From: Podarcis erhardii
Lineage: Eukaryota
NCBI GenBank assembly: GCA_964252035.1
Contig: CAXUOO010000144.1
Length of the DNA stretch: 64,000 nt
Direction: 5' to 3' (one strand)
Shown here: piece after piece, positions 61,433 through 64,000 of the stretch
How positions within the stretch are numbered: the first letter of the stretch is position 1
How the letters are laid out: every line of letters begins with the position of its first letter
Notes under the pieces: generated by a model
Databases searched by the model: none
The model's input: only the letters and a program-made list of their open reading frames with translations
What the model was told of the DNA's origin: nothing
Position numbers and translations under genes: made by a program

Positions 61433-63335
61433 AATGGTTCGATAGATCGTCATGTTACAGAAGATACTTCCTGCATTTTTGCGTAGATATACAGAAAAAA
61501 AAGAAGTAGATTTTTACTGCTCAGATCAGATTGTACGCGAACGGCAACAAGAAAATCTACAGCCTAGAGAGGTTTGAACTGAATTGTAAGCATACCTCAA
61601 CGTAATCTTCTTCGGGTGCAGGGGTGTAGAAGAGCTCCACTGGGAACTGCCTGCCTGGGATATTCAGCGTAGCCACTTGCGGAAAGAAGGATTGCAACTT
61701 TGCGCAGTCGAGGGCAGCAGACATAAGCAAGACTTTCAAATCCGAGCGCTTCTGCAGCAAAAGCTTCACCAAACCGAGCAGCACATCCGTGCGTACAGAA
61801 CGTTCGTGCACTTCATCGAGGATGAGTACTGAGTAGTGAGAAAGTAGAGGATCTCGTATGGCCTCTCTCAACAGCAAACCGTCTGTCACGTACTTGATGC
61901 GTGTTCTGGGACTGCATTTTTCCTCAAAACGCACAGCGTACCCCACTGTCTCTCCTACAGGCAGACAGTGCATTTCTTCTGCTACACGCCGAGCCAACGA
62001 TACCGCTGCTACACGACGCGGCTGAGTAATTCCTATATATTTCAAGTTTGCAACATTGTCGAGCTATGCAAGCGCTTCTCAGTTTGCAGATACGGTGAAA
62101 CAGACAGTGATGCCCACTATCAACGTCACTTGGTGCTGCATCACTGTCTGTTTCACCGTATCTGCAAACTGAAGAATTGGCAGCTTCTGTCTACTTGACA
62201 TAGATCGACAAATGTCCTTAGCGGTCGCCGAAATTTCTCCTCCGTGTGCTGCACCTTCCACTGCAGCGCCACCTCCTGTAGTAGTGGTTTGTCTGTGCAA
62301 AGAATGAGCTGCATGCGGTTCTGACGGCGCCTTTTTCGAAAAAGAAGCTGCAGCTGCAGCTGTCGCAGCTGAGCCACGAGTGTTCCATGGGCGCCGAGAA
62401 AATGGAGCGGCAGAAACTTTGGCAGTTGCTGACACTTGAGCTGTGTGATGATTGGGTGTTTCGTGAGAGTTTTTCAACCTACGCTTTTCACTGCAGCAGA
62501 GGAACCAAGTCATGATCTCGACTTCTATCATAATCTGCAGCTGCACCTTCTCGGTGAGGCATTAACCTAATCCTGCCGTCAATTGTTTCGGCTTTGTTTG
62601 AGTCGGTGCGGCCGCTGTCATTGTCCCTTCTGCTGTGCCTGTTTGCTCCTTGCTTTCCCGTGCTGCTGCTGTTATTTGTGCTGCTATCGCATAAAAATGT
62701 CACCAACGGCACCCACAGCAGCACCAGAAGCAATGGATTTGAACTCTGCAGCAGCAGATGCTTTGCAGTGAGTTGAGCTCCTGGAATCATCAACGGAACT
62801 CTGAGAATCACGTTTGTCATCAAAACTGATCTTTCTACGAAGTTCAGTGCTCTCAGAGGACGTAGCATTACTAGCGTCCTAAATTGACTATTTGTCCAAG
62901 TTCTTGTTCCTCATCCGCTGCCGGGAACGAGAGAAAGTTCAAGGACGAAGAGTTGACTGTGCGAGTAGCCCGACGCTTTCCCTTCTGTGAAACAGTGTCA
63001 TCGTAAGAAGAAGACACCGCTCTTTCCGTTCGCGAGAGTGGGCGACACGAAATTTCTTGGCAAAAAGCCGTTTGTCCTTCAGAAGAAAGAGAGGAAGATT
63101 TCGTTGTGCAAGCAGACTTTTCTGGAAAAACAAAAGATTCAGATTTTTTTTTCGCAGAGGACAATTCTTTGCGGTTGAACGTGGTAAAAAGCTTTTTCTT
63201 CTGACAAAGAGGACTTATTTCTTGATCATACGAAAGATCCCTACCTTCCTTATGTAAACAAGGTTGCCCACATCCGCGATCTTCTGTTTCCGCCCATGCT
63301 TCCTTCAAAAGATACTCTTTCAGAAGCGTCGCCAT
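57062..63335 (-). CDS. DEAH/RHA-family RNA helicase (DHX33/Dhr2-like); disrupted in this sequence (motif I missing, N-terminal frame breaks)
   Basis: Exons 62063-61596 ([21 protein letters not shown]), 61160-60723 ([14 protein letters not shown]), 59681-59495 ([19 protein letters not shown]), 58963-58857, 58645-58515, 58358-58216, 57953-57856, 57750-57514, 57382-57318 and 57188-57062, all in matching phase, including HA2- and OB-fold-like C-terminal parts. GETGSGKT is absent. Confidence 0.93.
62079..62172. repeat. Perfect 35-bp inverted repeat with a 24-nt spacer
   Basis: 62079-62113 TCAGTTTGCAGATACGGTGAAACAGACAGTGATGC is the exact reverse complement of 62138-62172. Confidence 0.98.
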
Positions 63336-64000
63336 TTCGGGCAATAAGAAAAACTTATGCTGCAGAATGTGTTGGAAAAAGGCTTGAGAGGAAGTGTTTC
63401 AACAACTTGTCAACGTATTAGCAGTGGGAACGCACAAATGAAAAAGTGAAAACGGTTTAGTCATTGTGTTCCAACAACAATAAATTGGCAGCAGAAGGAA
63501 GTTCATTTTCTAAAAACAAAAAACTGCATTGCTAATAAAGATGGTGAAGTGTTAATTAAGATGCGTTGCCGCTGTGCACCGTGATCTTGTGAACAAATAT
63601 AGAAACTTCCGTAAACATTGACGAGGAAAAGATATATGTATTGGTCTAAGAAACATTTGACGATAACCAGCGATCATATAATTAACTCTGCGGCAACGTT
63701 CATCACTTCACTGAAGTTCACAAAGCAAAACATACTGCCGACAACAAAGAGTTACTCTCTGAAAATGCTACTGCAATCGCCACAAACGGGAAAAGCTACG
63801 ATTCCTGTACCAGCGAACCCGGACGCCCGAAAGAGAATCGATTGTATTTCATTTTGAGCTCGACGAGCATGAACCTACAAAGTATTCTACCATTCTCTGA
63901 CAGCTTTAACCTGCACGGCAAAAATCGAAAATCTGTTATACCGGAAAAAAGGATTCAAAGTTAAATATTCCCTACAATTTGTTCTATTTCGTAATTCCCT

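Overview
Eukaryotic, intron-rich, AT-rich scaffold with three N gaps. It is most consistent with an apicomplexan, probably coccidian; this is inferred from protein motifs, intron style and TGCATG motifs, not from a search. Hand-splicing at GT-AG boundaries with phase checks supports seven recognisable genes: RACK1 (5' end outside the window), a GOST/lung-7TM serpentine receptor with a very large low-complexity insertion, anamorsin/Dre2, an mL53-like mitoribosomal protein, endonuclease V, CTP:phosphocholine cytidylyltransferase (CCT) and a DEAH/RHA helicase. There is also a protein ending in a levanase/DUF1080-type lectin fold and two weakly supported antisense hypothetical genes that appear interleaved with RACK1 and CCT. 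Most entries in the ORF track (YIYIYI, poly-Y/L/T) are microsatellite artefacts. The most striking anomaly is a perfect 35-bp fold-back inversion located exactly where the helicase P-loop should be; it could be a real lesion or an assembly chimera. I cannot demonstrate a wholly new multi-gene system. No tRNA, rRNA, CRISPR array or transposon ORF was recognised.
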